This document shows, one piece after another, positions 1-9,666 of a stretch of 64,000 nucleotides of DNA; within the stretch, counting starts at the first letter, position 1, and every line of letters begins with the position of its first letter. The notes under the pieces were generated by a model. The model had not been told where the DNA came from and did not search any database. It worked only from the letters and a program-made list of their open reading frames with translations. The translations under genes and the position numbers were made by a program. The stretch lies in assembly GCA_963662265.2 (NCBI GenBank), contig CAXXHA010000001.1, positions 160,001 to 224,000 of the forward strand, written 5' to 3'. The DNA comes from Spirochaetia bacterium. Lineage in GTDB: Bacteria; Spirochaetota; Spirochaetia; CADAEX01.

Positions 1-328
1 TCACAAGAAGATACTGAGGACTGATTATTTTTATTCCAAAATAAATCATCATAGGGATAGTCCCTGCAACAATCCAGGATCCTATCACAGCCCCAACTGA
101 AATCATTACAAAAATCGATGTCAGTGATGAAGATATTTTTTCTTTTATTCCATCAAACATTTCGTCCCATGTATAACCAATCCTTTTTGCCACTACTGCT
201 GCAATAAATGCGGCAAGTACAAGCAAGCCGTGAGTGGAAAGACCATACACTCCATATCCAATTCCAAGTAATGCAAATACACCAATTATCGGGATAACTG
301 CCTCAATCAAAGTCGGTTGTCTTTTCAT
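1..328 (-). CDS. nhaC: NhaC-family Na+/H+ antiporter / amino-acid transporter (5' part; runs off the window)
   Basis: Not in the ORF track. Manual translation from ATG 328 (GGAG RBS upstream) gives MKRQPTLIEAVIPIIGVFALLGIGYGVYG...GYTWDEMFDG...VGAVIGSWIVAGTIPMMIYFGIKIISPQYLL. The GxW..GTIPxxIYxG..ISP pattern is typical of NhaC. Confidence 0.85.
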   Translation of the reverse strand, partial: MKRQPTLIEAVIPIIGVFALLGIGYGVYGLSTHGLLVLAAFIAAVVAKRIGYTWDEMFDGIKEKISSSLTSIFVMISVGAVIGSWIVAGTIPMMIYFGIKIISPQYLLV

Positions 329-355
329 ATTCTTTTCTCCAATAATATTCTGAAT

Positions 356-910
356 TTATTTTTTTCGGGTTATTGTCATTGCACAGCCATGACCTTCACC
401 ATCAGCAACAGTAGTGGGAAAATCAATTTCCACATCTTCAAAAGGGGCACATATACCATAATCACAATGACCAAGCATGTCCCGGCAGAACATTTTTATC
501 TCTTTTTGTTCAAGGCCAAGTTCAGTAAGAGCCTCCGCGTGGGGGCACTGATGAAAAATCTTTACTGCTTTTTTGTCATTCAATTCAGTAATTTCCTGCT
601 TGAATACGAACCACCCGCCCTTTGATGTCTGACCGAGGACAGCTTCTTTGGGGCCAATACTTTTACCGGTATATTTTTTTTTGATCTGCTCACCCTGGAA
701 TACACCAAAATCCCAGGATCCTTCAGCAATAACTTTATTTGCATCAACTTCGGGATAAAGTTCCTTCAATTTTTTCCAGATAAAATAGACCTGACGAGTC
801 CTGTCCTTGTAAGCTGATTTAACTGCCTCATAGTAATCCTGTGGAGAAACAGATTCGTTGAGCTTCAAACTGTCAACAAAGAACTTGATCTCTCGCTGTT
901 CATTTTCCAT
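356..910 (-). CDS. L-2-amino-thiazoline-4-carboxylic acid hydrolase-like (ATC hydrolase / V4R-like) protein
   Basis: Start moved to MENEQ (AGGAGG RBS). The C-terminal Cys pattern CPH..L..G..C...D..F..T.A.G...C fits the family. Confidence 0.6.
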   Translation of the reverse strand: MENEQREIKFFVDSLKLNESVSPQDYYEAVKSAYKDRTRQVYFIWKKLKELYPEVDANKVIAEGSWDFGVFQGEQIKKKYTGKSIGPKEAVLGQTSKGGWFVFKQEITELNDKKAVKIFHQCPHAEALTELGLEQKEIKMFCRDMLGHCDYGICAPFEDVEIDFPTTVADGEGHGCAMTITRKK

Positions 911-945
911 AAAAATAATCCTCCTAAATGAATTTACAAAACTTA

Positions 946-962
946 TGCAATAATCATACCAA
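946..962 (-). promoter_or_regulatory. sigma54 -24/-12 promoter
   Basis: Minus strand reads TTGGTATGATTATTGCA (GG-N10-GC), 35 nt upstream of ATG 910. Confidence 0.7.
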
Positions 963-1488
963 TGAACAGTATTTCCAATTTTAAACGCAAAATATCCGAT
1001 TACATCTGGTTTATGATAGTTATTCAAACAAAAAACCAGTTTGACTAATTATTATTTTTTTCAGAAATAATAACTTTTTCAAAAATGATAAAGCATCTCC
1101 AGGGGATCAAATCATTCCTCAGAAATATATATAAAATAATTTTCACTTGTAACTGATCTGGTAGAGATATTACCTACAACCACATAAAGGGAAGCTATAT
1201 TTTCCCTTGAATATTGCTTTTTGCCTTAAGGATAAAGTAATAAATTATGAGTATTTCTATATAATTGGTGATTTAATATATGGGGTTCTCAGGGATAATA
1301 ATTCATTTTAATAAAACTAGCTCTGCTAGCCAGGGGCCAGTTAGTATGTAAAATCTATTGACATTTCTGCTGACGTAATTTGGCTTCAACAAAGAAAGAA
1401 TATTCAGGTAAAAATCAATTTCCTGTAAAATAAATATATAAAGACTAAAGATTCATATTTACCAGCCTCATTATACTCCAGAAGATAT

Positions 1489-2571
1489 TTATAAGCGCTT
1501 TATTATTTTTCGGGATGTACTCAGGTAAATTCTCATGAGATTGGAAGTTAAACATGAATGTACAGGTAAGAAGCAGATAATATCTCCTGGTTTGTATTTG
1601 TCAATTTCACTGTCAGGAACATTCACAATTCCATGTTCCTGGGAAAGCTTGCTGATATATACATTATCAATAAGACCTTTCCATCTTAAGTTGTCATATT
1701 CAACTGCTTTACCGTAAATTGTGCCGTACTCATCATCCTTAATACTGTCCTTTGAAAAATGGACACCGCCGCCATATATGACAACTTCATTTCTTTCACG
1801 GTGTACAGCAATAACAGGACATACAAGTGCAACTGCAATATTCTCAATCCCGGTCGATCCGATCTGATTTTGCGTAAGGTCATAGAATACAAAATTTCCG
1901 GGGCGTATTTCATCAGCAACCCGGAATTTATCTGTAATGCTGCATCCCGGTGTATCACCGAGAGAAATAATCAGTTCAGGGAACTTTTTAATATAGTGTT
2001 TTTTTAAAACATCCATTATATCAAATGATCTTTCTGTAATTTCAATAATATCCTCTCTTCTTCTGCAGTCATATGTGTGACCAGCATGGCTCAAAAACCC
2101 TTTGAAGATAAGTTTTTCAGAAGATTCCAGAACATTGAGAATCCTGTCAATTAATATTAAATTGTCAGGATCAACACCTGTTCTCTTATAACCGGAATCA
2201 ACCTTTATAAAAATACCGGCACTGTGGCTGAGGTTCTCCTTCAGAAATAATGCTGCCTCTTCTGATTCAACAAGCAAGTTGAGATTAATTCTCTCTGCCA
2301 GGGAATTAATCTCATCAATTTCAAGCAGATTAACAGAAAAAGCAATTGTAATATCATCCCATTCTGCAGAAAAATATTCAGCCATTGTTACTGATGAAAC
2401 AGTAATTTTATCAACGCCGAAATCCTTATACCATCTTCCTATTTCCAGTGACTGGTGTGTTTTAAAATGCGGCCTAAAAATAAGATTGTTTTTGGATGCT
2501 TTATCAGCCATGTTTTTTATGTTATTCCTGCATTTACCTTCATCAACAATTAAAGCCGGTTTTTTTATCAT
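1489..2571 (-). CDS. DSD1 / D-threonine aldolase-family PLP enzyme (alanine-racemase fold)
   Basis: RPHFKTH (PLP Lys), HAGH, EIRPGNFVFYD, SQEHG, PVHSC motifs. Confidence 0.85.
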   Translation of the reverse strand: MIKKPALIVDEGKCRNNIKNMADKASKNNLIFRPHFKTHQSLEIGRWYKDFGVDKITVSSVTMAEYFSAEWDDITIAFSVNLLEIDEINSLAERINLNLLVESEEAALFLKENLSHSAGIFIKVDSGYKRTGVDPDNLILIDRILNVLESSEKLIFKGFLSHAGHTYDCRRREDIIEITERSFDIMDVLKKHYIKKFPELIISLGDTPGCSITDKFRVADEIRPGNFVFYDLTQNQIGSTGIENIAVALVCPVIAVHRERNEVVIYGGGVHFSKDSIKDDEYGTIYGKAVEYDNLRWKGLIDNVYISKLSQEHGIVNVPDSEIDKYKPGDIICFLPVHSCLTSNLMRIYLSTSRKIIKRL

Positions 2572-2711
2572 ATTGTCTCTCCAATTGGGAATTGAATCTG
2601 TACATAATCATCTCTAAAAAGAAAAAGGCCAGAAGAACTGTTATCCCTCTGAAATATTTTATTACACTGAAAGAGAAAAAACAAAACTGTTTTAAACAAT
2701 AATACGGTTAT

Positions 2712-3746
2712 CTATGCATCACTGAAAACCCTGGATATTGACTTCTTTATCACTCCCGGTAAAATTGATTTCTTCTGGTTGAGAAGGTAGATCAGAAAAA
2801 GTTCTTCAATTGTCTGCCTGGGCCCTTCTGTATTTTTAATTTCTCTTTTTACAGTATTTCCAAGACGCATCTGAAAAAAGGAATATATTTCCCTGGCATC
2901 TCCATTAATAAATATCTTATGTTTTTCTTCATAGATTTTATCTTTTTTAAGAATTTCAATAGATTGTTCTCTGTTTACTGCAGGGATCTTAAGACTTTTC
3001 ATCCTGCTGCGTAAATGTTTAATTTCCTCATGTTTTAACCCGAAAACAAATTCTTCTAGAGCAGATTCCAAACCAGCATTGCCGGGAGCAGATGACAGAA
3101 ATTTCCCCCATGTTTCAGAAAGATTTATGGAAAGCTTCAGGATTTCTGATGTCCCCTGTAATGTACCAAGAACAGGGATCAAATTACATCGTTCTTTCCA
3201 GAGAGCCATCAGGGGAGGAGAAAATGAATCAAGGTTTCGATCCATTCTGAATTCCCAGAGATGAGCAAGTTCATCAGAAGCAATCTGCTTAAATTTCCTG
3301 TGTGTAACATTATTCTTTATTATTGCTTCATAAGTCTCTTCCGCCATTAATGAAAAAACAAGACTGTTGCATGTATTTTGGATTTCATTTACAAGAACAG
3401 AGTCTGTTTTATAATCTGATATTACCTTGAGAAGAAAATAGAAGAAATTTATTTTTGAAAGTATAAAACTCCTCCCCATTATAGCCCGTGTAGGTAAAAG
3501 CAGGGGATTCGAAGTACTGAACTGAATTATTGTATTTGACATGGTTTTTATGTCTCTTTTATTCAATCCATATCTTTTCCTGCTTTTAAGCGATGGTGTT
3601 TTGGAAACCAGAACTGCAAGGGATATAAGAGTTTTTTTCTGGTTCATAAATGTAGCATATATATCTTTTCCTGAGTTCTGTAATATCTCCTCAGATTTAT
3701 CAACCAGACGTAATTCTTTATCAGAAAAAGCAGTAATCTTGTACAT
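2712..3746 (-). CDS. hypothetical protein
   Basis: 344-aa ORF. It resembles, from memory, uncharacterised helical spirochaete proteins (LMAE..Y, LWE.R, LGT..GTSE, LEEF.FGL). No function assignable. Confidence 0.7.
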   Translation of the reverse strand: MYKITAFSDKELRLVDKSEEILQNSGKDIYATFMNQKKTLISLAVLVSKTPSLKSRKRYGLNKRDIKTMSNTIIQFSTSNPLLLPTRAIMGRSFILSKINFFYFLLKVISDYKTDSVLVNEIQNTCNSLVFSLMAEETYEAIIKNNVTHRKFKQIASDELAHLWEFRMDRNLDSFSPPLMALWKERCNLIPVLGTLQGTSEILKLSINLSETWGKFLSSAPGNAGLESALEEFVFGLKHEEIKHLRSRMKSLKIPAVNREQSIEILKKDKIYEEKHKIFINGDAREIYSFFQMRLGNTVKREIKNTEGPRQTIEELFLIYLLNQKKSILPGVIKKSISRVFSDA

Positions 3747-3971
3747 AGTCTGAATACTATATATTAAAGATTTTTCTGAACAACCTGAAAAAAACAGAAA
3801 CAGATACTACATATTTACTACACATTTTCCGGAAGATATCATAATCCCCCTGACCTTTCATAAGTCATAAATACACGTTTTTTAAACAGTTCTTCAGTTA
3901 CATCCCCCTGATCTAATAAATATTTTTATAGAGTTCCCTGTCCCTGAATAAATCTTTGAAGAGGTTTTATA

Positions 3972-4928
3972 TTAATCTGAAAGAAGGTCCCTTACATTGT
4001 CACTGTCTGTATTGCCGCCTGACAGCACAATTATATTTTTCTTTCCTTTTTTCAGGTTTATTTTTCCTGAAATAATACCTGCAAGACCTATTGCTCCCGA
4101 TGGTTCTGCGAGGAGTTTTCCATGTAACAGTATTTCCCGGAAAGCCTGTCTGATACTGTCATCAGAAACACAGACAATATCATCAACATATTTTTCTGTC
4201 ATTTCATAAAGAAGTGGAAATGTTTTTGTCATTTTCAGCCCGTCCGCAATTGTATGGATGAAAGGGACATCAACAGGTCTGCCGGCCTTCATGCTTGCTG
4301 TAAAGCGGGGGATGGCTTCTGTTTCAACTCCTATTACCCGGATACTGCCGTTGTTTTTTTTGACAGCACATCCTATTCCTGATACAAGGGCTCCCGCCCC
4401 GAGAGGCACTATGACAGTGTCTGCATCACCTGCCTCCTCGGTAATTTCAAGGCCCAGAGTACCATGGCCTGCAATTATCTTACTGTCATTGCATGAATGA
4501 ACAAGGGTGCATCCCCTTTCCCTGATTATTTCAGATACTTTTTCATATCTCTGAACAGGAGTCTCCCCGTATAAAACAACTTCAGCGCCCAGTTTTTTTA
4601 CCAGTTCAATTTTTGTTTTCCTGGCATTTTCAGGCATGACTACTATTGCTTTTATTCCGCAGAGTTTTGCTCCATAGGCTACCCCCAGAGCATGGTTTCC
4701 GGATGAAGCTGTAATTATTCCAGATTTCTTTTCATCTTCTGTAAGCGAAAGGATTTTATTGAGAGCACCCCTGATTTTAAATGAACCTGTCAGCTGAAGG
4801 TTTTCAGGCTTGAAGATAATCTCTGTATTGAATTTACTGCTTAGAAAATAATTTTCAATAAGAGGAGTTTTTTTTACATAGGGACCTATTTGTTTTCCAG
4901 CTGATACAATATCTTCAAAATTGACCAA
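3972..4928 (-). CDS. serine/threonine ammonia-lyase (dehydratase), short form without a regulatory domain
   Basis: KPENLQLTGSFKIRGA, ASSGNHA, LAEPSGA, LSGGN motifs. TTG start with GGAG RBS. Confidence 0.9.
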   Translation of the reverse strand: MVNFEDIVSAGKQIGPYVKKTPLIENYFLSSKFNTEIIFKPENLQLTGSFKIRGALNKILSLTEDEKKSGIITASSGNHALGVAYGAKLCGIKAIVVMPENARKTKIELVKKLGAEVVLYGETPVQRYEKVSEIIRERGCTLVHSCNDSKIIAGHGTLGLEITEEAGDADTVIVPLGAGALVSGIGCAVKKNNGSIRVIGVETEAIPRFTASMKAGRPVDVPFIHTIADGLKMTKTFPLLYEMTEKYVDDIVCVSDDSIRQAFREILLHGKLLAEPSGAIGLAGIISGKINLKKGKKNIIVLSGGNTDSDNVRDLLSD

Positions 4929-4997
4929 GATACTTACTCCTGCTGCAGCTACTGATTTTCTTTACAATATATATTAAAAATAAGTTCTCTCACAGAT

Positions 4998-5026
4998 ATA
5001 AAAGCCCCGCCTGTACAGGCAGGGCT
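4998..5026 (-). terminator. GC-rich hairpin (terminator or mRNA-stabilising element) between the transporter and dehydratase genes
   Basis: AGCCC-C-GCCTG-TA-CAGGC-A-GGGCT, followed by a short U tract on the minus strand. Confidence 0.5.
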
Positions 5027-5032
5027 GTAAAA

Positions 5033-6253
5033 TTATGCTACTTTTTCTTTCTTTTTTTCTTCCAGTTTATCGATTATAACAGCTCCTGCAAGGTCTCCTG
5101 TACAGTTGAGTGTTGTTATTCCCATGTCAACTAGCCTGTAAAGACCAGCCATTATAGGTACAATCTCAAGAGGAAGGTTGAATGTTGCAACAAGAACTGC
5201 AATTTTTACAATTCCTGATCCGGGGATTCCTCCACCGCCGAGTGTTACAAGAACTGCAAATCCCACCATGAGGAACATCTGGGGTATTGAAATTGGAATA
5301 CCTGAAGCCTGTGCTGTAAAGATAAGCACTATCGGAAGAAGGACCCCGTTACCATCCTTGTTTATCTGTGATCCGAGAGGAATTGTAAAATTAGATACTG
5401 TTTCTGAAAGTTTGAAATCTTCTTTTGCTATCTTGAGTCCCATCGGAATAGATGCTGTACTGCTGCAAGTACTCAGGGTATAAATCATAAGAGGTGCTGC
5501 TTTTTTAATAAATGTCCATGGAGAGATTTTTGTCACAATCCAGAGCAGGAGTATGTAAACAAGGAAGAAGTGAACAATTGCACCGAAATAGAATGTTCCG
5601 AGCAGTTTTGCTATTGGTCCAAAGAGGTCTGATCCGTATTTTCCGAAAGTTGCTGCCATCAGACAGAAAACCCCTATTGGTGAGAATGAAATAATTATTC
5701 CGACAAGGGACTGGACAAGGTTTGAAAGATGTTCAAGTCCTTTTCTGATTGGTTCACCCTTTTCACCCATATAAACAGCAGCAAGACCGAGAAATATTGA
5801 GAATACAGCTACATGGAGAACATTTCCCTTTGTCATTGATGCAATTATGTTTTTCGGAAAGAGGTCAAGGACAAATTTCTGGAAAGATGTGAATTCGGCA
5901 AGTTTTACACCTTCGGTAGATACTCCTGCAAAAGAAAACCCGACTCCCGGCTGAAGGACTTTACCCACAACAAGCCCGATCACTGCTGCGAGCACAGTTG
6001 TAAGCATGTAATAACCAATTACCTTTCCTCCAATGCTTCCCAGTGTTTTAGGATTTTTTGCACTGCAGATTGCAGAACTCATTACAAATAAAACAATTGG
6101 AATAAGTGTCATTTTCAGCAGGTTGATAAAAATATCTCCAATAAATTTGATTTGTACTGCGCCTGGTCCCCAAATCAAACCAACTACAATACCGGAAATC
6201 ATTCCGATAAGTACTTTCATGGAAAGCGACTGCTTTTTCCACCATGTAAACAT
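5033..6253 (-). CDS. dicarboxylate/amino acid:cation symporter (DAACS, GltP/SstT family)
   Basis: GDIFINLLKM, STCSSTASIP, PLGSQINKDG, GIPGSG, DMGITTLNCTGD motifs. Confidence 0.92.
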   Translation of the reverse strand: MFTWWKKQSLSMKVLIGMISGIVVGLIWGPGAVQIKFIGDIFINLLKMTLIPIVLFVMSSAICSAKNPKTLGSIGGKVIGYYMLTTVLAAVIGLVVGKVLQPGVGFSFAGVSTEGVKLAEFTSFQKFVLDLFPKNIIASMTKGNVLHVAVFSIFLGLAAVYMGEKGEPIRKGLEHLSNLVQSLVGIIISFSPIGVFCLMAATFGKYGSDLFGPIAKLLGTFYFGAIVHFFLVYILLLWIVTKISPWTFIKKAAPLMIYTLSTCSSTASIPMGLKIAKEDFKLSETVSNFTIPLGSQINKDGNGVLLPIVLIFTAQASGIPISIPQMFLMVGFAVLVTLGGGGIPGSGIVKIAVLVATFNLPLEIVPIMAGLYRLVDMGITTLNCTGDLAGAVIIDKLEEKKKEKVA

Positions 6254-6305
6254 ATAATACTCCTCTTTATATTTTTAAAGGATTTAAAATCCTTTCATAA
6301 ACAAC

Positions 6306-7349
6306 CTAGTTTGCCAGCTTCCTGAATATACCGGCAGCTTCCGCTGTCATTTCACTGCTGATTCCCCTGTAGAGGACTGCCCTTATGCAGTTTTTATCAA
6401 CTGCATTTACTAGTACTCCGAGTTTTCTCAGCTCAGATGAAAAAGTTTCTGCATCCATTCCTGTTTCAGAAACATCAACTTTAAGAATATTTGTCTGAAC
6501 TGATTTCATATCGATTTTCAGGGATTTTATTCCGCTTAATTCAACAGCAAGGGCTTTTGCATTTTTATGATCTGCCTTAAGCTGCTGCGGACCTGTTTCC
6601 AGCGCAACAATACCTGCAGCAGCAGCAATACCTCCCTGCCTGAGTACACCGCCGAGATATTTCTTGTTTGTTCTTGCTTTTGATATAAAATCTCTGCTGC
6701 TGCACAGGAGGGAACCCATAGGAGCCCCAAGTCCTTTTGAAATACAGAACATCACTGAGTCTGTATGCTTTGTAAACTCCCTGACATCGGTATTGAGAGC
6801 GACCGATGCATTAAAAAGTCTTGCTCCGTCCATGTGTACCGGCACATTATGTTTTTTTACTGTTCTTGATATTTCAGCCATATAATCAGGAGAAAGACAT
6901 GTACCTCCGTAAAAGTTGTTTGTATTCTCAATACACAGGGCTTTTACCCTGCTATCTTTAAGCAGTTTGTCTATTGAAGATATGTCGGGAGATCCAAGGG
7001 AATCTGTCTTATAATAAAGCGGCTTTATTCCTCCAGGCCTTTCAGCAAAAATTCCTTTTTCACTTTTGCATACATGAAGATATTCATTTGCCGCGCAGTA
7101 ATCACCGTAATTTGTATATGTAATGAGGGCCAGAAGATTTCCCATTGTTCCACTTACACAGAAAAGGGCAGATTCCATGCCGGTTATTTCTGCTGCTTTA
7201 TCTTCAAGCAGTCTTATGGTGGGGTCGCCTCCCCTGTTGTCATCTGTAAGACGTCCTTCATCTCCCAGCTCTGCTTCTGATATAGCTTCATACATAGCTT
7301 TTGTAGGTTTTGTTAAAGTATCGCTTCGTAAATCAATCACTGTTGTCAC
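6306..7349 (-). CDS. ltaE: low-specificity L-threonine aldolase
   Basis: IDLRSDTLTKPT, SGTMGN, HMDGARLFNA, CISKGLGAPMGS, GG.LRQ.G motifs. Confidence 0.9.
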   Translation of the reverse strand: MTTVIDLRSDTLTKPTKAMYEAISEAELGDEGRLTDDNRGGDPTIRLLEDKAAEITGMESALFCVSGTMGNLLALITYTNYGDYCAANEYLHVCKSEKGIFAERPGGIKPLYYKTDSLGSPDISSIDKLLKDSRVKALCIENTNNFYGGTCLSPDYMAEISRTVKKHNVPVHMDGARLFNASVALNTDVREFTKHTDSVMFCISKGLGAPMGSLLCSSRDFISKARTNKKYLGGVLRQGGIAAAAGIVALETGPQQLKADHKNAKALAVELSGIKSLKIDMKSVQTNILKVDVSETGMDAETFSSELRKLGVLVNAVDKNCIRAVLYRGISSEMTAEAAGIFRKLAN

Positions 7350-7379
7350 CTCAATTTTATGGATAATTAACAGTAATAA

Positions 7380-7396
7380 TGCAAAGCTTGTGCCAG
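7380..7396 (-). promoter_or_regulatory. sigma54 -24/-12 promoter of the aldolase-transporter-dehydratase operon
   Basis: CTGGCACAAGCTTTGCA, a near-perfect TGGCAC-N5-TTGCA, located next to a sigma54 activator gene. Confidence 0.9.
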
Positions 7397-7511
7397 ATCT
7401 GTTTTTTTATAAAAAATCAGGGGATTAAGATTGGTTTTTACAGAATTTGCAGGTTTTTGCGGTATTATATTGCAAAAATGAATTATTGAAGTGATTATTC
7501 AGTGTCGCTCA

Positions 7512-7548
7512 TGTCGCAAACGCAACAACAGATATGTTGCAATGCAAC
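7512..7548. promoter_or_regulatory. putative upstream activator sites (two inverted repeats)
   Basis: TGTCGC-AAAC-GCAACA and the perfect GTTGCA-A-TGCAAC, about 115-150 nt upstream of the sigma54 promoter. Confidence 0.55.
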
Positions 7549-7553
7549 TACAT

Positions 7554-9416
7554 TTAAATATTGAATTTTCTGCACAGCCTCCAGAAAGTGCTTCTGTGAA
7601 TACCGAGAAGTTCTGCAGCCTTTGTCTGGTTGCCTCCGGATGAATCAAGAGCTTTAATCAGATCCTCTTTTGCTACAGGGCTGATTTTCCTCTTGAAAAT
7701 TTCTTCACAGCTGTCTTCGTCGCATGGTTCATATGTTGTTATCATATTCCGTATAGTTTCTGGTGTAATAATCTTGTCTGTGTTGATTATGCTCAGTTTT
7801 GATATAAAATTCTTCAGCTGCCTTATATTTCCCGGCCATGAGTAATTTTTCATTTCATTAACCGCTGCTTCCAGTATTTCAGGCGCAGAGTTTTTTGTCT
7901 GCATCCAGAAAAAAATGAACAGCTCATAGATATCCTCTTTTCTCTCACGCAACGGGGGAATAAAAAGAGTAAGCACATTAAGACGGTAAAAAAGATCATC
8001 CCTGAATTTTCTCTCACTCACCATGTTGCGAAGTTTTTTATTGGTCGCAGCTATAACCCTTACATCGACAGGAATAAAACTGTCGCTTCCAAGTCTCATT
8101 ACTTTCCGTTCCTGCAGAACACGGAGGAGCCGCCCCTGCAGAGTCAACGGCATTTCGCTTATTTCATCCAGAAATATTGTTCCATTGTGGGCAAGTTCGA
8201 AGAGTCCGGTTTTCCCTTTTTTCTTTGCGCCGGTGAACGCCCCTTCCTCGTAGCCGAACAGTTCGCTTTCAAGAATACTTTCCGGAAGAGAAGCACAGTT
8301 GACAGCAACAAAGGGACCGTTTTTTCTTTTCCCTGCATTATGCATGCTCTGTGCGAAAAGCTCTTTTCCTGTTCCAGTCTCTCCGGTTATCAGAACAGTC
8401 ATATCTGTTTCTGAAAAAAGTCCTGCATTCTCAATACAATCCCTGATTGAACTGCTTTTACCCTTTATATCCTTGAACCTGAAGGAAGCAAAAAGGCCTT
8501 TATTCAGCAGCCTGTTCCTTATTTTATGCTCCCCCCTGGTGATTGTGTTGATATCATTGAATGTTGCTATTGCACCTATTATTTCATTGTTGTTTATCTT
8601 GAGCGGAATGAGATCGCACAGCACAGATGTATCTTTGAGACGGGTAATTTCCTGGAGCCTGCTGTTCCCTGTTTTAAGAACAGTGTTAAGCTCTTTGAGT
8701 TCAGGAAAAATATCCTCCAGGGTCTGCCCTTCAGGACTTATGCTGTCTGGAAGTAAAGCTGTAGCTGTCCTGTTTATAAGAGTTATTTTCCCCTCATTGT
8801 CTACTGCAATATATCCTTCATGTGTATTATTTAGAACAGCATTAAGCTCTTCATTTTTTCTTACATTGCTGATTATTGTATCAAGTAGTGCTTCTGCTTC
8901 ACTTATTGCATGAGAAAGAGCCTTTTCACTGAAATCAATCCTTACATAGTTCATGTTCAGCTTTTTTGCAATTCTTGCCTGGAGTTTCCCCCCGACAAAA
9001 ACATCAGTCCCTTCATTCTTCAGTTTAAGCATCTGCTCAATTGTATCTTTTTCATCGCTTGTTCTTATCTGTTTTATATTGATATTTAAAAGGGGATTGA
9101 GTTTTTCAAGCCCCTGGAGAAGGTTTCCGAATCCGATGACTGCTATCTGGGTTCCGAATTTTCTGGCATCGTTTAATGCCTGGATCAAATCTTCAAAAGG
9201 GACAGGAATTTCAACAACAGGAAGGGAAGTGGTTTTTCGGATTTTCATCGCAGTTCTTCCCCTTGCAATTATTACCCTGAGTCCTTCCTGTATAAGTTCC
9301 TCCGGCTTTTCAGGATTGTAAATCTGGATATCAACAGATTTTCCGAGTTTTTCAAAGATCCCTCCTGCAAGTTCTATAAAATCTTCATTATATGCTGCAT
9401 AGCAAATCCTGTTCAT
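7554..9416 (-). CDS. sigma54-dependent activator (PrpR_N-like + PAS + AAA+ + Fis HTH)
   Basis: VIIARG.TA N-terminal domain, [37 protein letters not shown]-terminal HTH. Confidence 0.93.
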   Translation of the reverse strand: MNRICYAAYNEDFIELAGGIFEKLGKSVDIQIYNPEKPEELIQEGLRVIIARGRTAMKIRKTTSLPVVEIPVPFEDLIQALNDARKFGTQIAVIGFGNLLQGLEKLNPLLNINIKQIRTSDEKDTIEQMLKLKNEGTDVFVGGKLQARIAKKLNMNYVRIDFSEKALSHAISEAEALLDTIISNVRKNEELNAVLNNTHEGYIAVDNEGKITLINRTATALLPDSISPEGQTLEDIFPELKELNTVLKTGNSRLQEITRLKDTSVLCDLIPLKINNNEIIGAIATFNDINTITRGEHKIRNRLLNKGLFASFRFKDIKGKSSSIRDCIENAGLFSETDMTVLITGETGTGKELFAQSMHNAGKRKNGPFVAVNCASLPESILESELFGYEEGAFTGAKKKGKTGLFELAHNGTIFLDEISEMPLTLQGRLLRVLQERKVMRLGSDSFIPVDVRVIAATNKKLRNMVSERKFRDDLFYRLNVLTLFIPPLRERKEDIYELFIFFWMQTKNSAPEILEAAVNEMKNYSWPGNIRQLKNFISKLSIINTDKIITPETIRNMITTYEPCDEDSCEEIFKRKISPVAKEDLIKALDSSGGNQTKAAELLGIHRSTFWRLCRKFNI

Positions 9417-9666
9417 AGCGGACCTCTTATTAAGCTTTGGATGATAATCATGGGATTATATCACAGATTCTGAATATTTTAGTATTTATGCTGTAATATG
9501 CTGACAGCTATCTTTATGCACAGCAGTATTTTTTTATAGACACACATCTTTATTTAATGGATTTTTTAGAACAAATCTCTCATATAACCACTAACGTATA
9601 ATATTAACAAAATAAGACAGGATTCTGCAGAGAGAGGACATTAAATATAAGAATAATTTTTTGGAT

